From: Squalus acanthias
Taxonomy: Eukaryota
Assembly (NCBI GenBank): GCA_030390025.1
Contig: CM059432.1
Coordinates: 34,598,001-34,662,000 of the forward strand
Length of the DNA stretch: 64,000 nt
Direction of reading: 5' to 3'
The notes beneath the pieces were generated by a model. The model was not told the DNA's origin. It searched no databases and saw only the letters and a list, made by a program, of their open reading frames with translations. Below are positions 12,363-24,374 of the stretch, piece by piece. The position numbers and the translations under genes were made by a program. Within the stretch, counting starts at the first letter, position 1. Each line of letters opens with the position of its first letter.

Positions 12363-13769
12363 GGAATTTCAGAGCTCATGCCTCACTCTCCTGCAGTGAG
12401 TGAATGAAGGAGAGACTGAGAGAGAGTCACAAAGGCATATCAAACAGAATCTGTTAGATTAGCACAGATCACACAGAGCTCTTGAGACTCCATGGTATTG
12501 GCTGCTGAACCGAGCTGACTTCCAATAATTAGAGCGCATATGCCTGAGGAGATGAACAGACTGACATCGCGGCCTGAGAACATCCACCCACGCCAGCCTT
12601 CAGGAAGGGTTTACTGAACTGTTAAAATACTGTCTAAATATTGTCATGTTCATCTTCTCCCTGATTTAACCATCGATTTGTCTGTCAAGTGAGAGTTTAA
12701 TTTGAAGGAGTGGCTCCAGGTCAGTCACACAATAGCCTTGAGTACTGCTCCTTCCCGATAGTAATTTAATCGTCAGTGAAGTTTTAAAGTGTTTTTTTGT
12801 TCCTTTTCCACACACGCTCCAGTTCTCTCCCCTTTGCTGACTCTTGCTGGGGTACCACGAGTTCCACTGGTGCTGACCATCTTCCAGGACCTCAACCAAG
12901 GACTCATTCCTCAGGCGCTTGCCCATTAAAGCACTGGTTTTGGGACAGCAGCGCCTCACCATGCTCCTGGGGTCATTCTTCCCCCGTTTACATTCTCACC
13001 CGCTGCCATTCTCCATTGGGCAGAAGCAAAGGTGACAAATCCACCAGCTAGATCAATGAAAAATAAACCTTTGCAACGTTTCTTCTCTTTCTCTTTGTTT
13101 CTATTTTTCTCTCTCTCTCTTTTCTGTTCTCTGCCCCTTCCTTTCCATCTCTCTTTCTATCTGTCTTTGTCTCTCTCTCTCACTTTTTCTGTTTCGTTCT
13201 CTCTTCCTCTGTCCTCAGTGCCTCAAGAATAAGACAAGTCTGACGATAATTCAATGTTGCTGCACTGTCAGAGTGGAACCTCACCAACAGTGAGAGGGTT
13301 ATGCAGCGGCTATTGGCTGCAGTCTTATAATGTAAAGAGGGCTTCCATCTGCAAGACTAGGCAGGGTATTCAGTGCCGAGGAACCTCCCGACAGAGCCAA
13401 GCGCCATGCTCTGTCCAGTGTCCATTGCAGGCACACTTTCTAGTAAGGGTCAGTGATCAGGAATGGGAACTCTAATGGTTCCACCCCTCCACAGCCCATA
13501 ATTATACCACTGTGCCCTGCACTCGCATGAACGTTAGAAACCAACGAGAGGCCTGCAGGTCCCTCTCTCCCCATCGACCGTGCTCCATCGTATAAATGGC
13601 CCGATGCTTAGGAGAACAAAGTGGGTCGATGAAGGTGCTGTGTGATGAAGGACTGCTTTCAGGAAACTAAACATGCCAAGTTGGAGTGAAAGAAAAAAGA
13701 ACGACTTGTATTTATGTAGCGCCTTTCACAATCTCAGCCAATACAGTACAGCCAATAAAGAACGTTTTA

Positions 13770-14611
13770 ACATAAGAACATAAGGAATAGGAGCAGTTGG
13801 AGGCTATATGGCACCTCGAGCCTGATCCACCATTCAATAAGATCATGGCTGATCTTCTACCTCAATTCCATTTTCCCACCCTAACCCCATATCCCTTGCT
13901 TCCCTTAGCGTCCAGATATCTATTGATCTCAGTCTTGAATATATTCAACGACTGAGGATCCACAGCCCTCTGGGGTCGAGAATTCCAAAGATTCACAACC
14001 ATCTGAGTGAAGAAATTTCTCCTCATCTGAGTCCTAAGTGGCCGACTCCTTATCCTTATTCCAGACTCTCCAGCCAGGGGAAACAGCCTCTCCGCATCTA
14101 CACTGTCAAGCCCTCTCAGAATTTTAGATGTTTCAATGAGATCACCTCTCATTCTTCTAAACTCCAGAGAGTATAGGCCCATTGTACTCAATCTCTTCTC
14201 ATAGGACAATCCCCCCATCCCAGGAATCAATCTAGTGAACCTTCGTTGCACCTCCTCCAAGGCAAGTATATTCTTCCTCAGATAAGGAGACCAAAACTGT
14301 GCACAGTACTCCAGGTGTGGTCTCACCAAAGCCCTATATAATTCCAGCAAGACTTCCTTACTCTTATACTCCAACCCCCTTGTAATAAAGGCCAACATAC
14401 CATTTGCTTTCCTAATTGCTTGCTGTACCTGCATGTTAACTTTCTGTGAGTCATGTACAAGGAACCCAAATCCCTCTGCATACCAACATTTACTAGTCTC
14501 TCACTGTTTAAAACATATTCTGCTTTTCTATTCTTCCTACCAAAGTGGATAATTTCACATTTCCCCACATTATACTCCACCTGCCACCTTCTTGCCCACT
14601 CACTTAATCTA
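13770..14611 (-). mobile_element. CR1 LINE 3' fragment
   Basis: LVRPHLEYCAQFWSP...RRMRGDLIE; ttcttatg-type tail. Confidence 0.92.
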
Positions 14612-14717
14612 TCTTTTGAAGTGTAGGCACTGTTAAAATGTAGGAAACGCAGCAGCCAATTTACGCACAGCAAGATCCCACAAACGGCAAAGAGATACGT
14701 GACCAGATAATCTATTT

Positions 14718-14756
14718 CAGTTCTGACGAAGGGTCTTCGACCTGAAACGTTAACTG
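14718..14756 (+). ncRNA. Minimal type I hammerhead ribozyme motif, family A
   Basis: CAGTT-CTGACGA-A-GGGTC ttc GACCT-GAAA-CG-TT-AACTG: core boxes, helix II, helix I, palindrome AACGTT. Confidence 0.8.
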
Positions 14757-16173
14757 TGTTTCTCTCTCCACGGGTGTTGCCTGGCCTGCTGAGTTTTTCC
14801 AGCGCTTTCTGTTGTTATTTCAGTTTTCCAGCATCCGCAGTATTTTGCTATTGTATCTATTTTTGTGATGTTGGTTGAGGGATAAATATTGGCCAGGATA
14901 CTGTGGCGAACTCCGCTGCTCTTCTCTGAATAATGCCATGGGATCTTTTACGTCCACATATGAGCTCAAGTCTCTAGGGTGGGACTTGAACCCACAACCT
15001 TCTGACTCTGAGGCGAGAGTGCGACTAACTGAGCCACGGCTGACACAGTTGGTTGAGCAATTGGGTCTCTGCAGAGCAAAGTAAGGCCCTGTGCGACCGA
15101 CAGCCCACTGCAAAAGGAAAAGGGGAAGCACAACACGTGGAGTTTGGTTCTCATTAGACAGGAACAGTAAAAAAAAACGGTCAACAAAAAAGCCCACAGG
15201 GCTGTCAGCCACTCCCGCCCTCACAGAAACAATCAAGTAGTGTGAAAACAGCAGGCCAGTGGCCTATCTGTTACCATGGTGATAGAGATGTTGCCCACAG
15301 AAGAGGGTTTGTTCTGTTGCTTTCTTGATGGTCAATTTTGATTCAGTCATTAATCCTGCTCCAAGCTCTGTCTGTAGGATTAGTACAAACGGCAGACAAC
15401 TGTGATCTTATTAAAGGAGCCTCCCAAGCAGATAAACCAGCCACATATCAGGTAATCAATGTCAACAGGGTGTTAGTCAAAGCTAATCTTGTCAGTTTGA
15501 AGGATTCCAGTCAGTAATAGGGAACGGAACATTCTTTCTGATTTTTCACTTGGGATTAGCATCAAACAGCCCCAGGTCAGGTACAGAGTGGGTTCAGAAT
15601 AAAACTCCTTCTACGCTGTCCCATCAGACACTTCCAGGTCATCTAGGGCATGGGTTAGATGCAGAGTAAAGCTTCTTCTGCACGGCCCCATCGATGTACC
15701 CCAACTAACAGTGCCTTCTAGCCCAGTTCTGGAACCGGTTGCCTGCCCTGGTTTTTGAAATGAAAATGCATCTTTTGCTACTTATTTCTGTATCTTATGA
15801 TGTGGTGCATTCGTTATGAAAGTGAAATCCCCAGCAACAATTGCCAGTCACCCTCTTTGCAGAAATCTTTTTAATGCTGGCAATTTATATTGGAAGATTA
15901 GTTTTAAGTTCCAAGATGCAATCCTTTTTTGCTTTGCCACTATTGTATCTCCTGCAGCTGCTCTCCCAACCCCTGGTTCTCCCATTCGCTCTCCAAGTTC
16001 TGCACTGCCCCATCCCCTGGTTCTTATATCCCAACTTCTGCTGCCCCATCTCAACCTCTGCTGCCCTAACACATCTCTTGCCATCCCATCTATCACAAAC
16101 TACCCTAATTCCATACCCAGCTTCCCATACCATCCTCAGCTTCCCATATCTCATCTCTGCTGTCCCTATACCA

Positions 16174-16436
16174 TGATGTGGAGATGCCGGCGTTGGACTG
16201 GGGTGGACAAAAATGAGAAGTCGCACAACACCAGGTTATAGTCCCAACAGATTTATTTAATTTTACAAGCTTTCGTAGGGAAAGATTTGAATAGATTTTG
16301 TCTGTGTTTATATTGTGAATTCTGGGAGATTCTCTCACTGCTACCCTACCTGAGGAAGGAGCGAACCGCTCCGAAAGCTTGTAAAATTAAATAAATCTGT
16401 TGGACTATAACTTGGTGTTGTGCGACTTCTCATTTT
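16174..16436. mobile_element. Penelope-like element pLTR remnant in inverted arrangement
   Basis: About 70 bp inverted arms, hammerhead motif, flanking duplication tgtccctatacca; homologous to the termini of the element at 27068-27958. Confidence 0.8.
16347..16383 (+). ncRNA. Minimal type I hammerhead ribozyme motif, family B
   Basis: TAC-CTGAGGA-A-GGAGCG aac CGCTCC-GAAA-GC-TT-GTA. Confidence 0.75.
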
Positions 16437-16785
16437 TGTCCCTATACCAACCCCACCTACTCCATATCCATCCTCAGTTATTTTGAATTTGGCAAAAGGT
16501 GGCATCTCAATTTATAATCTTATCTTCAGGAGTACCACCTATTGCATCAGTGTGACCATTATATTTCCCACAAAAAACATTCTTATGACCTTTGAGTGTG
16601 ATTGGCAATTTAGTGTCAATTAACCCTGAATTATGGGCAGTTTTACATTGCAGACCCATATCATACTTACTGCTGGACTTTTACACAGATGGTGGCCAAC
16701 TGCTGGTATGGGTTACCAGGACAGATGGCTGAGGCCAGAACACTGGACTCCTTTAAGAAACAGCTGGATGTTGTCATGGGAAGAT

Positions 16786-17438
16786 AGTAGGATGATACCC
16801 TCCCTCTTGTATGCTTCAGAGACATGGACCTTGTACAGCAGGCACCTCAAAGCACTGGAGGCACCTCAAAGCACTGGTACCACCAACGCTGCCTCCGCAA
16901 GATCCTGCAAATTCATTGGCAGGATAGGTGTACCAACGTCAGTGTTCTCGCTCAGGCCAACATCCCCAGCATCGAAGCTCTGACCACGCTCGATCAGCTC
17001 AGATGGACGGATCACATCGTCCGCATGCCCGATACGGGACTCCCAAGCGCTCTACTCTGAGTTCCGACACAGCAAGAGAGCCCTAGGTGGGCAGAGGAAA
17101 CGCTTCAAGGACACCCTCAAAGCCTCCTTGAAAAAGTGTAACATCCCCACCGACACCTGGGAATCCCTGGCCCAAGATGCACAAAGTGGAGGAGAAGCAT
17201 CCGGGAAGGCGCCGAACACCTCGAGTCTCTTCGCCGGGAGCAAGCGGAAGCCAAGCGCAAACAGCGGAAGGAGCGCACGTCAACCCAAGCACCCCACCCA
17301 CCCGCCCCTTCAACCACCATCTGCCCCACCTGTGACAGAGACTGTAGGTCCCGCATTGGACTCATCAGTCACCTGCAAACTCATTTTTAGTGTGGAAGCA
17401 AGTCATCCTCGGTTCCGAGGGACTGCCTAAGAGAGAGA
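16786..17438 (+). mobile_element. RTE-clade LINE 3' fragment
   Basis: LLYASETWTLY, HQRCLRKIL, QLRWTDHIVRMPD; frameshifted. Confidence 0.85.
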
Positions 17439-17881
17439 CAGTAGGGTTGGTCTATCAATCAAACCCCTCATCCACAGTCCAAGAGGGGTGGTATTCTGGA
17501 AGGGGGAGATCAAATGGGCAAAAAGTCTTCTTCATCTGACCCTATGCTGTGATCCTGCAATCTCAAAACTGTGGAACTCCTTACCTCCCTTGGTATTTCC
17601 TTGCTTCAACTTTAATATCACCCAGCCACTATGTCTTTATTTACCTCATCTTCTGTCCCCTTTTCAGTCTTGGAGGTGTTTTGCACTGAGTTTTGGTCCA
17701 GCAATTTAAAAAATGCTAAATTCCTCCCTATGTTGCCAGTTTTAGGGTGTTGAGTATTTTAGCTGAGCATGCAGCGCACAGTCTACCCCAAGGTGGCTGC
17801 CGCAGAAGTCCTGCTTATTCATGGGTGGGTGAATAGCTGTTTATATTTGCATCACAATACGGTGCTGCATGCATCACTCAC

Positions 17882-18036
17882 TTGTTAAAGTGATTTGCCA
17901 AGACCCCGACAACTTCTCCGATCCTATTATCGTTCCCCCGCTGCATCTTGTGCAGGCAAACTACCAGGTCATCATTCGCCTTGGTGTGGAAGATGATCAG
18001 CTGATCTCTGCCGTTGGTAACGCTGACTCCAGTCAC
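17882..18036 (-). CDS. MYO1G: Myosin I exon, TH1: [51 protein letters not shown]
   Basis: 155 bp, phase 0/2, acceptor tttgttcctttag, donor AA/gtgagt; read by hand. Confidence 0.93.
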
Positions 18037-19519
18037 CTAAAGGAACAAATGGGGATGTTAGAGCTTACTCTAGTTCATGTAGTGGGTGGCCTCAGTGTCC
18101 AGAGTCTCTGAGCTAGAAATATTTCAGTACAACTTAGCCCTTTTAATCGGGACACTTCAGATGGAACTGGCCCATCCCGATTGATGATTGCTCATCCTCA
18201 CAGAAGGCCACAGCTGACATTGCTATCTGCACAATTCCCCAATTTAGTGTTTTTTTTTATCCACCTGCCAACATTTCAAGTCAATCAGCTGCTTGACCAG
18301 CCCCCGCAGTTGGGCAACCCAGACCAGTGACATAGAAAATAAACAGAGGGTCAGGAGTAGGCCATTGAGCCCCTCGAGCCTGTTATGTCATAGAGTCATA
18401 ACGGCACAGGAGGCCATTCGGCCCATCGAGTCCGCGCCGGCTCTCTGCAGCGCAATCCAGTCAGTCCCATTCCCCCGCTCTATCCCCGTAGCCCTGCAAG
18501 TTTATTTCCCTCAAGTGCCTATCCAGTCTCCCCTGTTCTGCCATTCAATTAGATCATGGCTGATCTGTACCTCAACTGCTTTTACCCATCTTTTCTCCAT
18601 ATCCCTTGATGCCCTTACCGAACAAAAATCTGTCAATCCCAGTCTTGAAAATTTCTATTGATCCAGCATCCACAGCCTTTAGTGTGCAAACGTGCTTCCT
18701 GATTGGCCTAGCTCTAATTTTAAGATTATGCTCCCTTGTTCTGGACTCCCCCACAAGAGGAAATAGTTTCTCACTATCTATCCGATCAAATCTATTTTTT
18801 ATTTTAAAGAAAGAACTTGCATTTAATTAGCATCTTCCACGATCTCAGAATGTCATAAAGCACTTTACAGCCAATGAAGTACTTTTTGAAATTTAGTCAC
18901 TGTTGTAATGTAGGACATGGGCATGAGCTGGCACTAGTTCGCAGTATTTTTCTGGAGCCAGGAGGAGCTCTCCTGCAACTCCAGGCCCCACAGAAAATTC
19001 TTCCGAAAAACGTTCTGCACCTTTTTTTGAGTGATCAGCAGTGGCCCCTTTAAGAATCGTCGGTTAGGCTACTCACAGCCCGGTTCAATTGGGTGGAGTC
19101 CGCGCAGTGGATGCTCTGCTCATTTGTACCTGAATATTGCACACAGGGTCCTACAGCAGACGTAGGACCTTAATTTGCATATGTAAGCAGCTTCCCGTCC
19201 AAAACAGGCAGGCGTGCTGCTTGCACGTTTACAAATCCGCCTGAAAGTTGCATCAGGCAGGCTTTGGACGTCTATGGGATGGCCGAGGTGCCACCCAACC
19301 CACCAACTCTGCGGGGTGAGTCCAGGAAGTTGCCAGTGGAGGCATCCAGAGTGTAATTGCAAAGATAGCGGTCTGCAGACTTTCAGGCCCTCTCTCTTTA
19401 AAAGGGTTCCTGACGGTGAGATTCCATCTTTAAAGGGAATGGCCATTGGTGAGATTTGTTCTATAAACAGGAAGTACCCAGAAGCCCTGTTTACAGGGCA
19501 CACATGGCTGGATACTCAC

Positions 19520-19633
19520 TTGGCTGAGTGGCAGTGCTTTCATGCTCTTGTAGCATTTGTTCGGCTCCAGTTTGTACAGGTGCTGGTCAGTGATGAGAAT
19601 GGCTCGATCCTCACACTTGTTAAACCTATTGAC
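19520..19633 (-). CDS. MYO1G: Myosin I exon, TH1 PH-like: [38 protein letters not shown]
   Basis: 114 bp, phase 0/0, acceptor ttttctcggcttag, donor CAA/gtgagt; read by hand. Confidence 0.93.
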
Positions 19634-19734
19634 CTAAGCCGAGAAAACAAGAAAAATAAACCATTTCTTCCAAGGGATCTATAAATGTTCTAGACAAACA
19701 AGCAAATACACTGATAAGCACACGCACATATATA

Positions 19735-20671
19735 CATTTTGATAAATATAAATGACCTGGATATTGGAATACAGAGTAGAATTTCTAAATTTGCCAATGA
19801 CACCAAACTTGGGGCTGTGGCAAACAGTGAGGATGATACCAATCGACTGCAGCAGGACATAGAAAGGCTAGTAGAATGGGCAGACAAGTGGCAGCTGGAA
19901 TTTAATACAGAGAAGTGTGAAGTGATGCATTTTGGCAGAAGGAACAGGGAGAGGCAATATACACTTAATGGCACAGTTTTAAAGAGTGTGCAGGGACAGA
20001 GGGACCTGGGAGTTAATGTGCATAGGTCCCTGAAGGTGGCAGGACATATTGAGAGAGTGGTTAGCAAAGCATATGGGATCTTGGGCTTCATAAATAGAGG
20101 TATTGAGTACAAAAGTAGAGAAGTTATGCTGAACCTTTATAAAGCACTGGTTAGGCCATAACTGGAGTATTGCATCCAGTTCTGGTCACCACACTTTAGG
20201 AAGGATGTGAAGGCCCTCGAGAGGGTGCAGAGAGATTTACCAGAATGGTTCCGGGGATGGGGGATTTTAGCTACAAGGACAGGTTGGAGAAGCTGAGTTT
20301 GTTTTCATTAGAGCAAAGGAGGTTGAGGGGTGATTTGATAGAGGTGTACAAGATTATGACGGGTTTGGATAGGCTAGACGGAGAAAGGCTGTTCCCACTA
20401 GTTGATGGTACAAGGACAAGGGGACACAGAGTTAAGGTTTTGGGCAAGAGATACAGGGGGATGTGAGGAAAAACTTTTTTACACAGCGAGTGGTGAGGAC
20501 CTGGAATTCGCTGTCGACGGCAAGGGGAGACTGGATAGGCACTTGAGGGAAATAAACTTGCAGGGCTACGAGGATAGAGCGGGGGAATGGGACTGACTGG
20601 ATTGCTCTACAGAGAGCCGGCACGGACTCGATGGGCCGAATGGCCTCCTTCTGTGGCGTATGACTCTATGA
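19735..20671 (+). mobile_element. CR1 LINE 3' fragment (RT core to 3' UTR)
   Basis: INDLD...SKFANDTKL...KCEVMHFG; near-identical to 3482-4272. Confidence 0.92.
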
Positions 20672-22189
20672 CATACATACACACATACTCACGCACACAC
20701 GCGCACACATACACACACACGCACGCACATATACACACGCAGAGATGCACACACTTATGTTTTGGGGTTTAAATGCTCAATATTTTCCTTGGGTTCAGTT
20801 TTACCGGCCACTCCAATAAGCGAGCTTCATGTCCCCTATGTACTGGGGTATGCCTTTACTTGCCTAATATTTAGATGAATGAAGCGAGACTCAGGAAGCA
20901 AACAGGGACCCCTTGTCACTGAGGTTTGGATTACTGGAACACATCACATTCCACCACATGAACAACTTGTGTTAAGTGCGTGAAGAAATAACTATTCTAT
21001 CGGACTGTAGCTCAGGGTATAAACCAGCGAGAACAGTTACTGAACATTAAACAGGTAAATGTACAGCATTCAGTGCAAACAGTGTATGTCTGCAGCCCTT
21101 CCAACAAACTGCAGCCCCATAGCTCTGGTGGGTGTGTGCCAGATATTAGGCCGGGACCGAAATACACTGACGTCCCTGCTTCGCATGGGGATTCCCACTC
21201 GGTCTAGTGGGCAATGAATCCTCCATCCAAACAAGCGTAACAGGGACCAGGCTAGAAATGAGGGTGTGGGTGGAGTGTTCTCAATGCAGGGCGTTCCCAG
21301 ACCCCCATCCTCTAAGAGGATTGTCGAAATATTGCCGATGGTACCAAGTTACTAAATGGAGGCTGTGGGCCCCACCCGGGATCGTTATTTTTAAAGCGGC
21401 CCAATTATTAAAGAAACAACAAAATATTCTTTTGAGCAGGGGAGAGGAAATCTGCCAACCCTTTCCCTCGATCCTAGCAAGTAGTGCCACAGTATGCAGG
21501 TCTCTTCGAGAGCCCGCCATTGCAATGAAATTAGGGACCTCAGAAAGGTCTTTGAGGTCAACAGTGGAGGTTCCCTTGGAAGTGCTCCCCCTTCGGTTGA
21601 CTTTTAACCCCAGCATATTTGCAGTACTTACAAACTTTACAAAATGCCAAAAATAATAAAGGCTGCACTCTCTTTCACTCATGCTCAGCATAAACTTGAC
21701 CAGCACAAACATAGTTACTTTCTGTGTGGCTACTTGTTAAGGGGGAGTCCTCTGAGCCACCTCAAACCCTTCTGACCACTTCAGACGGATTGCTGTCTAG
21801 TTGCTTTAAAGCCAAGATAAAGCTCCAAATTTCTTTTGAAGATATCCCAGAATTGAAAAGGAATTGAAAACTGCATTTCTCTTAACAACATTAGATAGTC
21901 AGCCATTCAAAGATGTAAAACAGCTCTCAATCACGCACTTAAACAACCCACAGGCTGCTTGCTAATCAATGACATGGCCTGGCACATTGATCAGTTTCAA
22001 ACCATTTGAAGGTCTGTGGGAAGGGTCCTCATCGAAGGACAAAGGAAGCAATCATTCATCAACCAGGCTGGGCTTGGTATCTTCTGTGGCTTGCAGAAAC
22101 AGCTAGCAGTAACCAATTTTAACCTTGTGCCTGAGTTGACTGGCAAGGAAGATGCCAATAAATAATCAATCATAGCCAAGTTGAAGCAC

Positions 22190-23470
22190 ATACAAGCATA
22201 CTTACGAACACATATACAGTATGTGCACACTCATATAATCACACAAATGCACACATACACATACACACTCAGACAGTTGCACATACACAACAGACTTACA
22301 CTCAGATATATACACATCTACACATGTATACCCACTCTACAATGGCCCAAAAATTAGTGCCGCTACGCGAGAGTACGCACTGCGTACTCTCGCGTATTCT
22401 GTCTCCAATTGCCAGTTTTCTGCATGCACTGCGCATGCGCTGAAAACCGGCACTTGGTGAATGGAAAAGGGGGCGGGTCCTAGGTGAACCGCGTGCGCGC
22501 TACAGGCTGCGCGCACGCTGTGCACTTAGTGGTTTCAACGCGCAGGTAAGTACGGAAGATTCTACACATAAAAAAAGGAGGAGTAAGACCCACTTTTAAC
22601 AAGGTAAGTAGTGAATTAAGTATTATTTTCAATTTTTTTTAACAGGTATATCTTTTTTAGAGACTTTAAAGACAGGTAAGTTTATTTTTATAACTTTTTA
22701 AAAGATTTTAAATTTTTTCAAAAATTTAATTTTTTATTTAAAATGGTTAATTTATTTAACTATACTAATTTTATTAATGTGATGGTTTTTAAAAAAAATT
22801 TAATTGAGTTTTAGCGGTTCTTTTGGGGGGCTATAGTATTCATAGCTTTCACAGCACTTATGTGAAAGTTATGAATGGAAGATGGTGTGCTGCCATTGGC
22901 TCTAACTGAGTCACGTGATCCCACAGCTCGCACGAATTAACTACGCCTGTGGGATACGCAAGCCCAGCACAGCAGCTGTCCAGAACATCAAGTTCGTGCG
23001 AGCTGGAACTGAAAAAGCCAACGCGCAGTGAGAGATCGCGGGGAGGCCTTACCCTCGCACGAAGGCTTCCTCACGAATTTTTGGGCCAATATATTCTCGC
23101 ATGTGCATACAAATACAGTCACACATACGCATACATAGAAAAATGGACTTACACTCAGACACATTCACATACATATCAACGTGCACACAAAGTCATATAA
23201 ACATATTCACATGCATGGGGTCATATGTCATGTACAAACATATGCACACTCACACATACCCAAGTGAACACATATCCAATCATATGCACAAACTCGCATT
23301 TACACACACATGCACACAGACATAAACACATATATATACACACACGAACAGTTGTACAACACATACATATGCACACAGATATATATGCATGCATATATGT
23401 ACCCTTATGCATACACAAACTCTCGTATACACATGTACACACATGTAAAACCATACATACACACACACAT
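22190..23470. repeat. Degenerate (CA/TA)-rich low-complexity tract split by a MITE
   Basis: CA-rich sequence on both sides of 22344-23087; similar tracts at 20670-20755 and 38410-38620. Confidence 0.7.
22344..23087. mobile_element. MITE (PIF/Harbinger-like), 744 bp
   Basis: Perfect 12-bp TIRs ggcccaaaaatt / aatttttgggcc with AAT on both flanks. Confidence 0.8.
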
Positions 23471-23824
23471 ATAGTAATGAATGTGTTAATGTAGTTGTAC
23501 AAGATTCCTTTCTCCGCTATTTTACCCTTTGCGTTAACCCATTCTTAAAGCTCTTGTTAAATTAATTTATCAGAGAAATGAATTTCATTCAAGCCCCTTC
23601 ACATCTTTGTCACTAATACCGCAGGATGTGAGCTCAAAACCATATTTTTTGAATGTTGATTGGGGAAGGACTATGAATAAAACATGCCAAGCCCTAGACG
23701 TGACTTTACCCTTAACAATCCCACTAGTATCACTGATAAAAGAATGGAGAAGTGAAGAGCAGAGTTTTATAAATATAAGCCTGGAAACCTCTGCTGGGAG
23801 GAATCAGCAAACAAAGGTTTAATG

Positions 23825-24093
23825 CATTGCTAAGATGGCAAAAGAACCAGGGGAGAGATAAGAAATGTTTTTACGCAGTGAGTTGTTATGATCTGGAACA
23901 CACTGCTTGAAAGAGTGGTGGAAGCCAATTCAATGGTAACTTTGAAAAGGGAATTGGATATATGCTTGAAAAGGAAAAATATTCAGGGCTATGGGGAAAG
24001 AGCGAGGAGTGGGACTTACTAGATATCTCTATCAAAGAGCTGGCACAAACACGATGGGCCGAATGGCCTCCTTCTGTGCTGTACGATTCTATG
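23825..24093 (+). mobile_element. CR1 LINE 3' end fragment
   Basis: CR1 3' ORF2/UTR ending gggccgaatggcctccttctgtgctg; similar pieces at 44355-44615 and 44935-45198. Confidence 0.8.
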
Positions 24094-24269
24094 GCGACAT
24101 TCCTTTCTTAGCTTTTTGAGCAGGGAGATAAATTCTAACAGGTTACTCTCCGTGTTAAAATAGCAGGCGGGGTGAATGCCATAGGAACAAGCTTGGAGTG
24201 TTCATCCACTACTGTCGCCAGCAGAGATTTCTCGGTTGTAGCGAGGGCGCTTTCCTTCTTTATCCTTAC

Positions 24270-24374
24270 CTTTCGTACGTGTGCGGAGAACAGCACGCTG
24301 CTGAACTGTTCCTTGCATATCAGCCCCTTCATGGTTGTGATAAACTGGGACATATTCTCCTGGTTGTCCCTGGC
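24270..24374 (-). CDS. MYO1G: Myosin I exon, TH1: ARDNQENMSQFITTMKGLICKEQFSSVLFSAHVRK
   Basis: 105 bp, phase 0/0, acceptor gttccttcag, donor AAG/gtaagg. Confidence 0.93.

Larger units (their letters stand above)
13690..15045 (-). mobile_element. Deu-domain SINE interrupted by a CR1 LINE and by a ribozyme-bearing insert
   Basis: Tail at 13690-13768, body at 14612-14717 and 14855-15045 with tRNA head. Confidence 0.8.

Noticed and set aside
12666..13050. Exon-like minus-strand segment (GGFVTFASAQ...)
   Set aside because: Stops in the phase needed and no recognisable homology.
14966..15109. Candidate terminal myosin exon after the strong acceptor ttccccttttccttttgcag
   Set aside because: The in-phase translation (GLSVAQGLTLLCRD...) has no TH1 similarity and runs into a SINE.
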